Shown here one piece after another: positions 1 to 8,290 of a stretch of DNA of 64,000 nt. The DNA comes from Pseudomonadota bacterium (lineage in GTDB: Bacteria; Pseudomonadota; Gammaproteobacteria; Pseudomonadales; Halieaceae), in NCBI GenBank assembly GCA_002862405.1, contig PKCZ01000162.1, positions 2,296 to 66,295 on the forward strand, given 5' to 3'. Numbering within the stretch: position 1 is the first letter of the stretch; each line of letters starts with the position of its first letter. The notes beneath the pieces are model-generated. The model searched no databases. It saw nothing but the letters and a program-made list of their open reading frames with translations, and had not been told where the DNA came from. The position numbers were made by a program, and so were the translations under genes.

Positions 1-47
1 AAGAAGAGGACAACACGCATCACCTGAGAAGATTCATCATTACTCAT
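1..47 (-). CDS. 5' end of an unidentified gene running off the left edge (MSNDESSQVMRVVLF...)
   Basis: ATG at 47..45 on the minus strand with the frame open to position 1. No Shine-Dalgarno seen. Too short to identify. Confidence 0.2.
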   Translation of the reverse strand, partial: MSNDESSQVMRVVLF

Positions 48-148
48 GTGTCAAATAACTATCTATTGATTTGCCCTGTAAACAAACGACTGCTCACCGC
101 TCTTCCATAATCAAGTCCCGCTCTGGGTAGTTGATCTCTCGACACTCA

Positions 149-2206
149 TCAAAAAGCTCCCTCAATGACAAAAGTGTAGGAGTAACCAAAGTTACGGCTC
201 CGGCGTTCTGAAAATAAAATCTCATCAGCTAATCGGTCACTATAAACGGTTCGCCGGAAGCGATTTTCAGCACCTAACAAATTCCAGGCAAATGCCTTGA
301 CGGTCAGACCCATCACATCCTTGTGCTCAACGAAGAAGTAAAGCGTCCCGCGACTTTTGTTGTTGAAACCCACTTCATCGATTCGGACATTGGGCGCCTC
401 CTCCGAGTAGTCAATGACAGCACCTATAGCCCAGGGTGTCTCATTAAAATCCTGCCGGAGGCTCAGCTCATACGACTTGTAATAGTCGCCACTGATTTTC
501 CGTGTATTACCCAATATGGGGTCCTTCACCTTAGAGGTCATATAACCGAGCGAGAGATCCGCACGCCCCCCTTTCCATAAGAATTCATCACTGAGTAATG
601 TCGCATCGAAAAAGCCACCATAGGCGGACGCGCTATCGATATTCCCGGGCGCTTGACCACCGCCCTCGATAGGAATCCGGTCAACAATGTCTTCCACATC
701 TTCGTAGAACAAGCTTAAGGTCAGGTTGCCCGACTTACCCAACGACCGCTGGGCTTCGAGGGTAAAGTCCCAGGATTGTGGCGGCACCAAATTAACGTTG
801 GTAACGTCCTCTCGCTCCTGATTCACATCCACCGATGCGATGAAATCAAAAAACCTCAACTGCCCCACCGCTCGCTCAAGCTTGGCTGAGAGAAACAGGT
901 CATCCCTAGGTTTGTAGTTAAGTGCAAGAAAACCTTTTGGACGGACAAAATCGCGTGTGACATTGGCGCTGCCGGTCTGCCTAATTTCTGAGTACTCGGC
1001 ACCTACTGTCGCCTGAAGGGTCAACTGCTCATTCAGTCGGTTACTGACGTTAAGCGTTGACTCAGTGCGCGTCTCTTCGACACGTGCCTTGGCGTCAGGG
1101 AGGTCGACTGGAATAAACACACCGTCGGCGCTCAGTCTGTCGAGCTGAGAGTCAAGATCGAGGTAATTCTCCGTCGCCTCTAAAGACCATCGCCACTGAC
1201 TATCCCACGCAGGGAACGAGAACTCGGTCCTGATAATAGACTCGGCCTCGTCGGCTTGGCGCCTGAAGGCAGTACCCTCGACCAGACCATTTACAAATGT
1301 TGTTGTAGTTCGATCGATCGTTGGACTGGACTCAAAGCGATGAAGTCCTATGAGCTTTAGGCGTCCCGCGCCGAGGTCGAATTCGTAGTCGGCTCCGATC
1401 TCGTAGTTGTGTTCATCCTCGGCCGAACTGAGGACCCGTGTATTCTCGTCAGGATCGCCCGCAAGTCGCTCAGAGGTTTCTCCTCTGTCTGAGTAATTGC
1501 CATTGAGCTCAGCCACGAGGTTGAAGGCATTACCGCTCTCAGTTACGCGCGAGTAAGAGCCTGAAATCGACGGGCGGTCGAATTCGTTGAGCGCTGTTTC
1601 AGACCGTGTATCGGTAATCTCACCTACAGAATCTCTAACAACTTCATCTCCCGCATCACCAAAAATGCGCTGCTCGTTGGCGACCTGCACGGTCCATTCG
1701 GACTCATCGTCACCGCCTGTCATCGCAACAGTAAACTCACGCAGACGCTCCTCCGAATTTGCCCCTGTGGGGCGGAATCGAGGCGTATAGCGAAATAAAC
1801 CAGTGGTCTCCTTTTCAGCCGCCGTAATAACATTGACGACCTGACCTGAAATACCGCCAATATCGAGACTGGCGCCATCGACCACCTCGAGTCGAATGAC
1901 GCTATCGACCGAGAGTCGCTCTAGCGCCTCCGCAGGGCCATTGGACTTTCCGGATACTCGCCGTCCATTGATGAGTACGTTGGTGTCGGCCTGACCAAAA
2001 CCTCGATCGTCGCCACCTTCGTCAATATTAAAACCCGGTACTTGCTTGACCAGGTCGAGTGCAGATCGTGGAACAAACTGCGAGAAATCCCCGGGGTAGT
2101 AGGTCTGTCTAATCGCATCCTCTTTGGTGCTACTGGCGTCAACCAAAGACACGTTAGTGGTCAGCATTAACAAGCCGAGAAATAGGGATGTGCGTCGAAA
2201 GTACAT
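149..2206 (-). CDS. TonB-dependent outer-membrane receptor
   Basis: Track ORF is 149..2272. A signal-peptide-like MYFRRTSLFLGLLMLTTNVSLVDA starts at ATG 2206. It has a plug-like N-terminus (VLINGRRVSG...VVNVIT), a long beta-barrel-type region, and a C-terminus ending in aromatic ...TFVIEGAF. Confidence 0.85.
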   Translation of the reverse strand: MYFRRTSLFLGLLMLTTNVSLVDASSTKEDAIRQTYYPGDFSQFVPRSALDLVKQVPGFNIDEGGDDRGFGQADTNVLINGRRVSGKSNGPAEALERLSVDSVIRLEVVDGASLDIGGISGQVVNVITAAEKETTGLFRYTPRFRPTGANSEERLREFTVAMTGGDDESEWTVQVANEQRIFGDAGDEVVRDSVGEITDTRSETALNEFDRPSISGSYSRVTESGNAFNLVAELNGNYSDRGETSERLAGDPDENTRVLSSAEDEHNYEIGADYEFDLGAGRLKLIGLHRFESSPTIDRTTTTFVNGLVEGTAFRRQADEAESIIRTEFSFPAWDSQWRWSLEATENYLDLDSQLDRLSADGVFIPVDLPDAKARVEETRTESTLNVSNRLNEQLTLQATVGAEYSEIRQTGSANVTRDFVRPKGFLALNYKPRDDLFLSAKLERAVGQLRFFDFIASVDVNQEREDVTNVNLVPPQSWDFTLEAQRSLGKSGNLTLSLFYEDVEDIVDRIPIEGGGQAPGNIDSASAYGGFFDATLLSDEFLWKGGRADLSLGYMTSKVKDPILGNTRKISGDYYKSYELSLRQDFNETPWAIGAVIDYSEEAPNVRIDEVGFNNKSRGTLYFFVEHKDVMGLTVKAFAWNLLGAENRFRRTVYSDRLADEILFSERRSRNFGYSYTFVIEGAF

Positions 2207-2342
2207 GACTAGCGTGTGCGATGTTGCTCGGACAAACGTAGGCCGAGAAGTATACACTGCCCACAGCGGCAAGTTGGCAACAAAACGCGACTGCGTGGTC
2301 GGCTTGTTAAATGACGCTAATGACCTTTAGGGCACTGTGATA

Positions 2343-3176
2343 TTAACCATACGTTGTGAGATTTTTTTCTAACTTTGCGAAGAGATCAGCAACGGACGAG
2401 CTGCCGACCTCTCGCCCCTGCGCGTTGAATTGCTTCAACGCGCCATTAAGGTCGGGGTTCGCAAAATAAACAATGCCATGGCGCACCGGATTGGACGCAG
2501 CCTGACTAGTGACTCGGTGAACGATGGCCGTAACTGACCGATTCGAGTGTTGAGTAATGAAGTTCAGTGCTTCACCAAAGTTGATGACAAGGTGTGCATC
2601 GAGCACCGGCACATTGTGGAATTGACCGCAGAGCTCAATTTGTAAGCCGGGGGACGTCGCATCAAGAATCGTTACGAACCCATAGTCAGTGTGGGGCCGC
2701 AGGCCCAAATCGGATTGTGACGTATCGTAATGAACGAAATTCAAAAAGGCAGTGCCCTGACCCGAGGAATACCCACCGGAGGCATCAGTCCAAAGGTACT
2801 CGGGAATACCCGACTTACGAAAAACCTCGCGAATCACTACCCTACCGATATCATCAAGCTGACGGCCAAACTGCGCGATCTCAGCTGGATAGTGATCATC
2901 CCAACGATGGCGCCGCAAAGCGAGCTTGGTCTGCTGGTTATTCTCGAGCGCGATAAAGCCCTCGAGCTCACCGTACTGAGGGATATTCCGGTAAGGACTC
3001 TCGGAGTCAAGAATGTCGCGACCGAAATGACGTGCTTCCTCGAGGTCCAGCCAGTCGGGCACCTTGAGATAAAAGACACCCAGCTCCCACGCTAAATCCT
3101 GATCTTGGGAAGTTTTAAAGATCAATCGCTGCGCTTCATCGATTGAAGCTGTGGGAAGACTCATATCCGGGTTCAT
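2343..3176 (-). CDS. 2-oxoglutarate/Fe(II)-dependent oxygenase (isopenicillin-N-synthase-like fold)
   Basis: HTDYGFVTIL (HxD iron ligands), a distal His in TAIVHRV, and RHGIVYFANP occur in the order typical of 2OG-Fe(II) oxygenases. It lies 70 nt upstream of, and co-oriented with, the TonB receptor. Confidence 0.7.
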   Translation of the reverse strand: MNPDMSLPTASIDEAQRLIFKTSQDQDLAWELGVFYLKVPDWLDLEEARHFGRDILDSESPYRNIPQYGELEGFIALENNQQTKLALRRHRWDDHYPAEIAQFGRQLDDIGRVVIREVFRKSGIPEYLWTDASGGYSSGQGTAFLNFVHYDTSQSDLGLRPHTDYGFVTILDATSPGLQIELCGQFHNVPVLDAHLVINFGEALNFITQHSNRSVTAIVHRVTSQAASNPVRHGIVYFANPDLNGALKQFNAQGREVGSSSVADLFAKLEKNLTTYG

Positions 3177-3509
3177 TGCTATCTTGGCTCTCCGACCACT
3201 TAGTTATCTACAGCTTGGCACCAGTTCACTAACAGGTGCTACAGCGCCACCTCTCGCCACTTCTCGCAATTTCTCTCTCACTCTCACTACTTCACTCGCG
3301 TTCGACGACCGCGGAAAACGAATGAGCGCCGCAGTGGAAATCTAAACCCTTCAAGCTGTCGTCATCTCAGAAAGCTTGGTCTTTATTACACCAGGCGCAC
3401 CTGCAACTATTGCCCTAACACCAGAACGTAGAGAGTAAAGAACCGGAAGCGACAAGCCAATCGAGCACCCTGCCCGATCACGCGCCTCTGAGTACCAACC
3501 CACAATTCA

Positions 3510-3542
3510 TGCAACTTATAAATGAGAATGAGTTGCATTATC
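3510..3542. promoter_or_regulatory. Fur-family (Fur or Zur) operator candidate, box A
   Basis: Inverted repeat TGCAACT(3510-3516)/AGTTGCA(3531-3537). The 16-mer AATGAGTTGCATTATC (3527-3542) matches the classical Fur-box core AATGATAATCATTATC at 12/16 positions. It is 18/22 identical to box B at 7929-7950. Confidence 0.45.
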
Positions 3543-4076
3543 ACCAATAAGCCATTAGATTTAGCTACAAAGTGGATCAATGGCAGAACGATGCAAGCAA
3601 CCTCCTTTTTTAATCCGTGTTTTATGGAAAAAGCCGAGTTACGCGTGCTTTGCCGAACTGAGCAAAGCGCTGATTCACTGTGGAAATCATCCATGCGAGT
3701 TGGAAATGTACTGCTTAAGCATGAATCCGAAACCGATGCGTTTAATGAGCTTGGCTGTGCGTTTCAGGTAGCTCAGCACCAGCTGATCAGAACTGAAAAG
3801 CCCTCATGGCGCTGGGCAATGCGTCTCGTTGAAAGCACCAACTTACTAGTCGTAGTGCTGGGTCGATGGGACTACCAAGGGCTCATTCGAGATCTTTTGA
3901 ACTGCGTGCAACATCAAGTTGCCACCTTCCCGAGTCTTTCTGACTGCCCCTCCGGGCGAAGCGCTAAATGGCTTTGCATGTGGTGTCAGTCGATGACGTG
4001 TCCAAAACGTCAAGCGAGCATTGAGCGCCTATATGTACAGAACGAACCGCTCATCCCCGCGGGGCTGATGCATTAA
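3522..4076 (+). CDS. doubtful hypothetical ORF (184 aa, Cys/Trp-rich)
   Basis: This is the only long ORF in the 900-bp spacer. It has no Shine-Dalgarno and no recognisable motif, and it starts inside box A. It may be non-coding. Confidence 0.15.
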   Translation: MRMSCIITNKPLDLATKWINGRTMQATSFFNPCFMEKAELRVLCRTEQSADSLWKSSMRVGNVLLKHESETDAFNELGCAFQVAQHQLIRTEKPSWRWAMRLVESTNLLVVVLGRWDYQGLIRDLLNCVQHQVATFPSLSDCPSGRSAKWLCMWCQSMTCPKRQASIERLYVQNEPLIPAGLMH

Positions 4077-4078
4077 TG

Positions 4079-4762
4079 TCAGCTGCCAAAATCAATAGTG
4101 AGTAAGAGTCGCTTGCGCCCTTCTGCAATACTTGGGGAACGATGCACCAAACCACATCCTTCATTCCCTTCCCAAGATTCACCCTTAAGCAGTGCAACCG
4201 CGCCAGTCTCTAGTATTTCAATATCACCGGATTCGCAGATACCTGGCTGGGCGCCAACGATTGACGGTGAATTAGGGCCAAGGAAGCGCCGATTTACCCG
4301 ATCATGAGGCAACCACTCTGTGGCAACACCTGTGTAAGTGGTGATTAATCGACAAGGCACCTTATCGACGTGAAATTTTGGACACATGGCGTTATCAAGC
4401 ACCGCTAGCCGAAGACCGACTTCACGGAGATCAAATAGGTAAGAAAATGCATCGATAAGCGAAGCGATGTCGGTACGCAGCGCATCATAATTTTGTTTTG
4501 GAAAAAAATTCTGCAGTGCGGCGGGGGCCTCATCAGCCCTCATGCCTAAACTTTTTTGGAAGCTCGGATATGACGCAATCAAGGTCGCGGCCTCACCCTC
4601 AAGCGCTGGATCAACTTCCCGATTCCAGACCGATAGATTAACTTCGGGCTGATAGATCTCCGACAAAATCGATAAATCAGGGCCAAAGGCCGCGCGCCGC
4701 GCGACCAATTCCCGCTCGTTTGTTATCAGATCGGTCGGTGCTAACGGCGCCGCAGTACTCAC
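4079..4762 (-). CDS. DUF1826-like protein (unknown function, typical COG0523 neighbour)
   Basis: GTG 4762 is preceded by GGAG and overlaps the upstream stop as GTGA. The family assignment is from memory of sequence character and its usual co-occurrence with COG0523 genes, and was not checked. Confidence 0.5.
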   Translation of the reverse strand: MSTAAPLAPTDLITNERELVARRAAFGPDLSILSEIYQPEVNLSVWNREVDPALEGEAATLIASYPSFQKSLGMRADEAPAALQNFFPKQNYDALRTDIASLIDAFSYLFDLREVGLRLAVLDNAMCPKFHVDKVPCRLITTYTGVATEWLPHDRVNRRFLGPNSPSIVGAQPGICESGDIEILETGAVALLKGESWEGNEGCGLVHRSPSIAEGRKRLLLTIDFGS

Positions 4763-5967
4763 GTTGACTCCTGCCAAGCAGGGAACGGATCCGGGAGTGT
4801 TGCCCAGAAATGCTTTCCTCTGAGCAACTCATCCTCAGTCAGTAGACAATGATCGAGCGCTGCGCGGATACGAGTCTCGTCCAGTCCCTGACCAATGAAA
4901 ACGAGCTCTTGGCGCATGTCACCAAAAGGCTCAACCCAATGCTCTTCAATACTCTTCAGGTACTCGGGGTCATCGGGCCACCGAGAGCGGGGAACGGCGG
5001 CCCAAAACATGCCGCCAAATCCATAGCGCGCAATACCGCCCGCTTGACTCCATTGCCCTGCAAACTCGGGCCGAGTCGCTAACCAGAAGTACCCTTTAGA
5101 ACGCAAAAGTTTCCCATACCCTTCGGTGCCGTGGAGAAACTCGTAGAACTTTTTCGGATGAAAAGGTGTTCGGGCGACATAACTGAAACTGCTGATTCCG
5201 TATTCCTCTGTCTCCGGCACATGCTCGCCTCGCATCTCCTTCAGCCAACCCGGCGCCTGCTGCGCCCTGTCGAAGTCAAAGAGGCCCGTATTCAAGACCC
5301 TGTCCACATCGATTTGGCCCTGCGCTATCGGGATGATTTTGGCGTGGGTGTTCAGCGTCCGAAGTATTGCCTCCAATCGTTGAATATCATCAGCGGAGGC
5401 GAGATCAGTCTTGCTAATTAGAATGACGTCGGCAAATTCGACTTGATCGACTAATAGATCAGCGACACTCCGCTCATCTTCCTCGCCTAAAGATTCTCCG
5501 GTGTCTTGAAGATACTTCGCTTCCTCGTAGTCCTTGAGGAAATTTACCGCGTCGACGACGGTAACCATGGTATCGAGGTTAGCAATATCGGATAGCGAGA
5601 CTCCATCCTCGTCCGCAAAGGTAAACGTTTCAGCAACTGGAAGTGGCTCTGAGATGCCAGTTGATTCAATCACTAAATAGTCAAATCGACCCTCTTTCGC
5701 GAGATTGTTAACCTCCTCGAGCAGGTCTTCCCTCAACGTGCAGCAAATACAGCCATTGCTCATTTCCACAAGCTTTTCTTCACTGCGATTAAGCGACACC
5801 TCATTTTGGACAACAGCGGAGTCAATATTGATCTCGCTCATGTCATTAACAATAACGGCAACGCGTTTGCCTTCGCGGTTGTTAAGGATGTGGCTCAGCA
5901 CTGTAGTTTTTCCTGCGCCCAAGAAGCCAGACAAGACGGTGACCGGTAGTTTTCTATGTATATTCAC
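4759..5967 (-). CDS. COG0523-family GTPase / zinc metallochaperone (CobW/ZigA/YeiR-like)
   Basis: Walker [10 protein letters not shown] and the metal-binding CxCC motif ([11 protein letters not shown]). The track start at 6090 would overlap the upstream gene. GTG 5967 gives the family-typical N-terminus (V)[21 protein letters not shown]. Confidence 0.85.
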   Translation of the reverse strand: MNIHRKLPVTVLSGFLGAGKTTVLSHILNNREGKRVAVIVNDMSEINIDSAVVQNEVSLNRSEEKLVEMSNGCICCTLREDLLEEVNNLAKEGRFDYLVIESTGISEPLPVAETFTFADEDGVSLSDIANLDTMVTVVDAVNFLKDYEEAKYLQDTGESLGEEDERSVADLLVDQVEFADVILISKTDLASADDIQRLEAILRTLNTHAKIIPIAQGQIDVDRVLNTGLFDFDRAQQAPGWLKEMRGEHVPETEEYGISSFSYVARTPFHPKKFYEFLHGTEGYGKLLRSKGYFWLATRPEFAGQWSQAGGIARYGFGGMFWAAVPRSRWPDDPEYLKSIEEHWVEPFGDMRQELVFIGQGLDETRIRAALDHCLLTEDELLRGKHFWATLPDPFPAWQEST

Positions 5968-6019
5968 GGGGCAAAAAATCCTAAGAGAGTGCAAACCTGC
6001 GAGCTCTTTACCAGTTGCT

Positions 6020-6433
6020 TTACGCGCTTTGTTCGCAGGCCTGGTCAGCGGTACACAGACGAAAATTAACAACATGTGCCAGGCAAACAATCAGCGCGCC
6101 TGCAACGGTCAGCCAGGTCTCTTCTGTCTCTGAAATCAACTCATGCGGAACAACGAGGGGAAGCATCAACATACCTAAACCTACGCTACCAAAAACAATC
6201 AGCTGATTGCGTTTGTGGTGACCATACCCCACGTATAAAGACACTAGGCTCAGGGGTAACGCCACGGAGACCATTATTTGATGGAACATTTCATCACTGA
6301 GCGTGACTAGGATCCCGATGGGGTAAGCAACGAGCAATACTGGCAGCAGCAAACAATGCAAAATGCAAAGACTTGAGAGGCAGAAAGCCGCGCGGTCTCC
6401 CCAGCCCTTGTCTAATATGGATTTAATAGACAT
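6020..6433 (-). CDS. MerC-like small inner-membrane protein (4 predicted TM helices)
   Basis: 137 aa and hydrophobic, with an N-terminal [12 protein letters not shown] motif resembling MerC-domain proteins. Its start overlaps the zur stop as ATGA. Confidence 0.55.
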   Translation of the reverse strand: MSIKSILDKGWGDRAAFCLSSLCILHCLLLPVLLVAYPIGILVTLSDEMFHQIMVSVALPLSLVSLYVGYGHHKRNQLIVFGSVGLGMLMLPLVVPHELISETEETWLTVAGALIVCLAHVVNFRLCTADQACEQSA

Positions 6434-6924
6434 CAGAGACCCTCGCCAGCGCTGTCTTGGCAGGCCGTGCAGATGCCTGAAAGTTCGAACTGCTGAGTGG
6501 TCAATTTAAAGCCCACTGTCTTCGCCATCTGTTCGAGAGCTTCACTCGCCTCCTCAGTAGCATCCACCTCCTCCACCGAGGAGCACCCGTCGCATAACAA
6601 AAAGTGGGTCTTCTGAAAGTGTTTGTGGTCACAAGCAATGTGTGCGCACGCAACATATTTGCTCGAGCTGGAGAGCTTGTGCACCAGCTGCTGCTGTTCA
6701 AGAAAATCTAGAATCCGATACACCGACATAGGGGGCATCGTGGATGTCGTGGAACGGTTACACAGATCCAGCACCTCGTAGGCAGACAGCGGGCTCGATG
6801 ATTGCATCAATTCGCTTAGCACCTGTCGTCGCCGCTGGGTGAGTCGGGCGCCGTTCTCCGCGCATGCCACCTCCGCAGCACGCAATAACACGTCAAGCTC
6901 CTTTGGGTTTACTTGTTTTTTCAT
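6433..6924 (-). CDS. zur: Fur-family transcriptional regulator, probably zinc uptake regulator Zur
   Basis: 163 aa with a winged-helix N-terminus (RLTQRRRQVLSEL...VYRILDFL) and two Cys pairs (LCDGC, CTAC). The Zur assignment rests on its position as first gene of an operon with a COG0523 GTPase. Confidence 0.75.
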   Translation of the reverse strand: MKKQVNPKELDVLLRAAEVACAENGARLTQRRRQVLSELMQSSSPLSAYEVLDLCNRSTTSTMPPMSVYRILDFLEQQQLVHKLSSSSKYVACAHIACDHKHFQKTHFLLCDGCSSVEEVDATEEASEALEQMAKTVGFKLTTQQFELSGICTACQDSAGEGL

Positions 6925-6948
6925 CTTAATGCTCGGTTAAGCGTTAAA

Positions 6949-6968
6949 GATACAATATATCATATTAC
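6949..6968. promoter_or_regulatory. AT-rich imperfect palindrome, possible autoregulatory operator of the zur operon
   Basis: GATACAATATATCATATTAC lies 25-44 nt upstream of the zur ATG. It only loosely resembles published Zur boxes. Confidence 0.25.
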
Positions 6969-6991
6969 GATTAGAAGCATGCTCCTCATCA

Positions 6992-7876
6992 TTAGGCACT
7001 GCTTTTTTTCGCAGAGTGAGGCAATAAGTTGTGTAAAAACTGTTGCAGGCTAATTGACAGGAGTGGCTCCACACCATCGGAGGCATTGGCCGCTAGTTCG
7101 TCCATCCACTGATAAACGAGTTCTATAGGTAATGGATCTGAATCCACTCCCTGACTCCAGCCAAAGAAAACACCATTGATAAGACGGCCCGTTTCACCGC
7201 CGCCCTCGCCATTACCGCCGGCGATTTTTCCATCTAGATTTTTACCGCTACTAATATCGCCATACGTGGGACCGGGAATGACCGGGTCACCGCCCTTGGT
7301 CGTGAAATTGTGCGGGGTGGCGTCGGCACCATCGCCAGTGATGAAGAATTGCAGCTCGCTCTTAATAGCCGCAGCTTCTCCAGGACGTTCTGTTAAAGCC
7401 ACCATAGTGTCAACTAGTTCAAGCTGCAGGACCTGACGAGCGGTTTGACCCGTATAACTGACACCATTGGCCCCCTCTTCGCCGAAGAATCCTATGGCCG
7501 AGTATGCTTCGGGCATGGCATCACAAGCATCACCCTCACCGTTAGCGTCACTATCTGTCTGATCTTCGTTCGCTGTATCCACACAGTTATCGGCGTTGTC
7601 TCCCACGCCATCTGCGTCAGTGTCTACAGACTCGTTCGGATCGTCGGGAAATGCGTCACTGTTATCACCTACACCGTCACCATCCGAATCTGTAGTTTCC
7701 GTAGGGTCGTTTGGGAATGCATCGAGCGAATCAGGTACGCCATCCCCGTCACTGTCCAGAGGCAAATCTGGCTGACCGCCACCGCCACCGCCTCCACAAG
7801 CCGTTAAAAAGGCAACCAAACAAAGACCCAATAGAGCCTTGTATGTTGCTCGTAAACTCGAAATAAACCTTTTCAT
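6992..7876 (-). CDS. lipoprotein with thrombospondin type-3-like calcium-binding repeats
   Basis: Lipobox LTAC followed by a G7 linker. Four D-x-D-x-D-G-x-x-D repeats are present (DSDGDGVPDSLDAFPNDP, DSDGDGVGDNSDAFPDDP, DTDADGVGDNADNC, DSDANGEGDAC). The C-terminal half is unassigned. Confidence 0.7.
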   Translation of the reverse strand: MKRFISSLRATYKALLGLCLVAFLTACGGGGGGGQPDLPLDSDGDGVPDSLDAFPNDPTETTDSDGDGVGDNSDAFPDDPNESVDTDADGVGDNADNCVDTANEDQTDSDANGEGDACDAMPEAYSAIGFFGEEGANGVSYTGQTARQVLQLELVDTMVALTERPGEAAAIKSELQFFITGDGADATPHNFTTKGGDPVIPGPTYGDISSGKNLDGKIAGGNGEGGGETGRLINGVFFGWSQGVDSDPLPIELVYQWMDELAANASDGVEPLLSISLQQFLHNLLPHSAKKSSA

Positions 7877-7906
7877 ACAGATTCCCCCACTTACATAAGT
7901 AGCTAT

Positions 7907-7950
7907 TGCAAATTAGAAATTGAATGTAAATAAGAATGATTTGCATTGTT
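7907..7950. promoter_or_regulatory. Fur-family (Fur or Zur) operator candidate, box B
   Basis: Inverted repeat TGCAAAT(7907-7913)/ATTTGCA(7939-7945). AATGATTTGCATTGTT (7935-7950) matches the Fur-box core at 11/16 positions. It lies 59-74 nt upstream of the lipoprotein ATG at 7876. Confidence 0.45.
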
Positions 7951-8290
7951 AAATAATAAATGGTTCTCACGCGGACATAAGCACTAAGCCGGCGTGGAAT
8001 AGGCCACGGCGTTGGAAAGTAGCCGAATTTTGTAACAGCAAAGAGCTGAGCGCTGCCAATGACCTGCTTGCTCATACTGACAATGAATAGGAACACGGGG
8101 CCATAGCGCATGCTCACCGTCGTCGACCATAAAAATCATCCGTCGCAGAGCACCATTGACCGAACGGGCACAGGCCTCGTATGTGAAATCAGGCCTCCCC
8201 GCTCTACAAACCCGATTTATGATACCTTTTTTCAGATAACATTCATGGGTTTCACCCATTTCAACAAAAACACAATAAGGTAAAGACATC

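Noticed and set aside
75-95. A TyrR-box interpretation of the shared motif, since TGTAAA occurs in the copy at 78-83 and the other copy precedes an aminotransferase.
   Set aside because: The second half-site (TTTACA after 6 nt) is absent in both copies. The motif is reported only as an unexplained repeat.
3177-3509. A cobalamin or other riboswitch in the long leader upstream of the oxygenase/TonB-receptor operon. The minus strand contains CCACTGCGGCG, reminiscent of the GCCACTG element.
   Set aside because: I found no B12 box (AGYCMGGAAGACCKGCC-like) and none of the other conserved cobalamin-riboswitch blocks. The receptor context is metal-related (Fur/Zur) rather than btuB-like.
5968-6090. 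Long N-terminal extensions given by the ORF track: COG0523 from 6090, the TonB receptor from 2272, the S9 peptidase from 17375, and sulfatases from 49811, 60844 and 47985.
   Set aside because: The extensions overlap upstream genes or precede clean signal peptides or family-typical N-termini. Internal ATG or GTG starts with better context were chosen instead. Start positions remain predictions.
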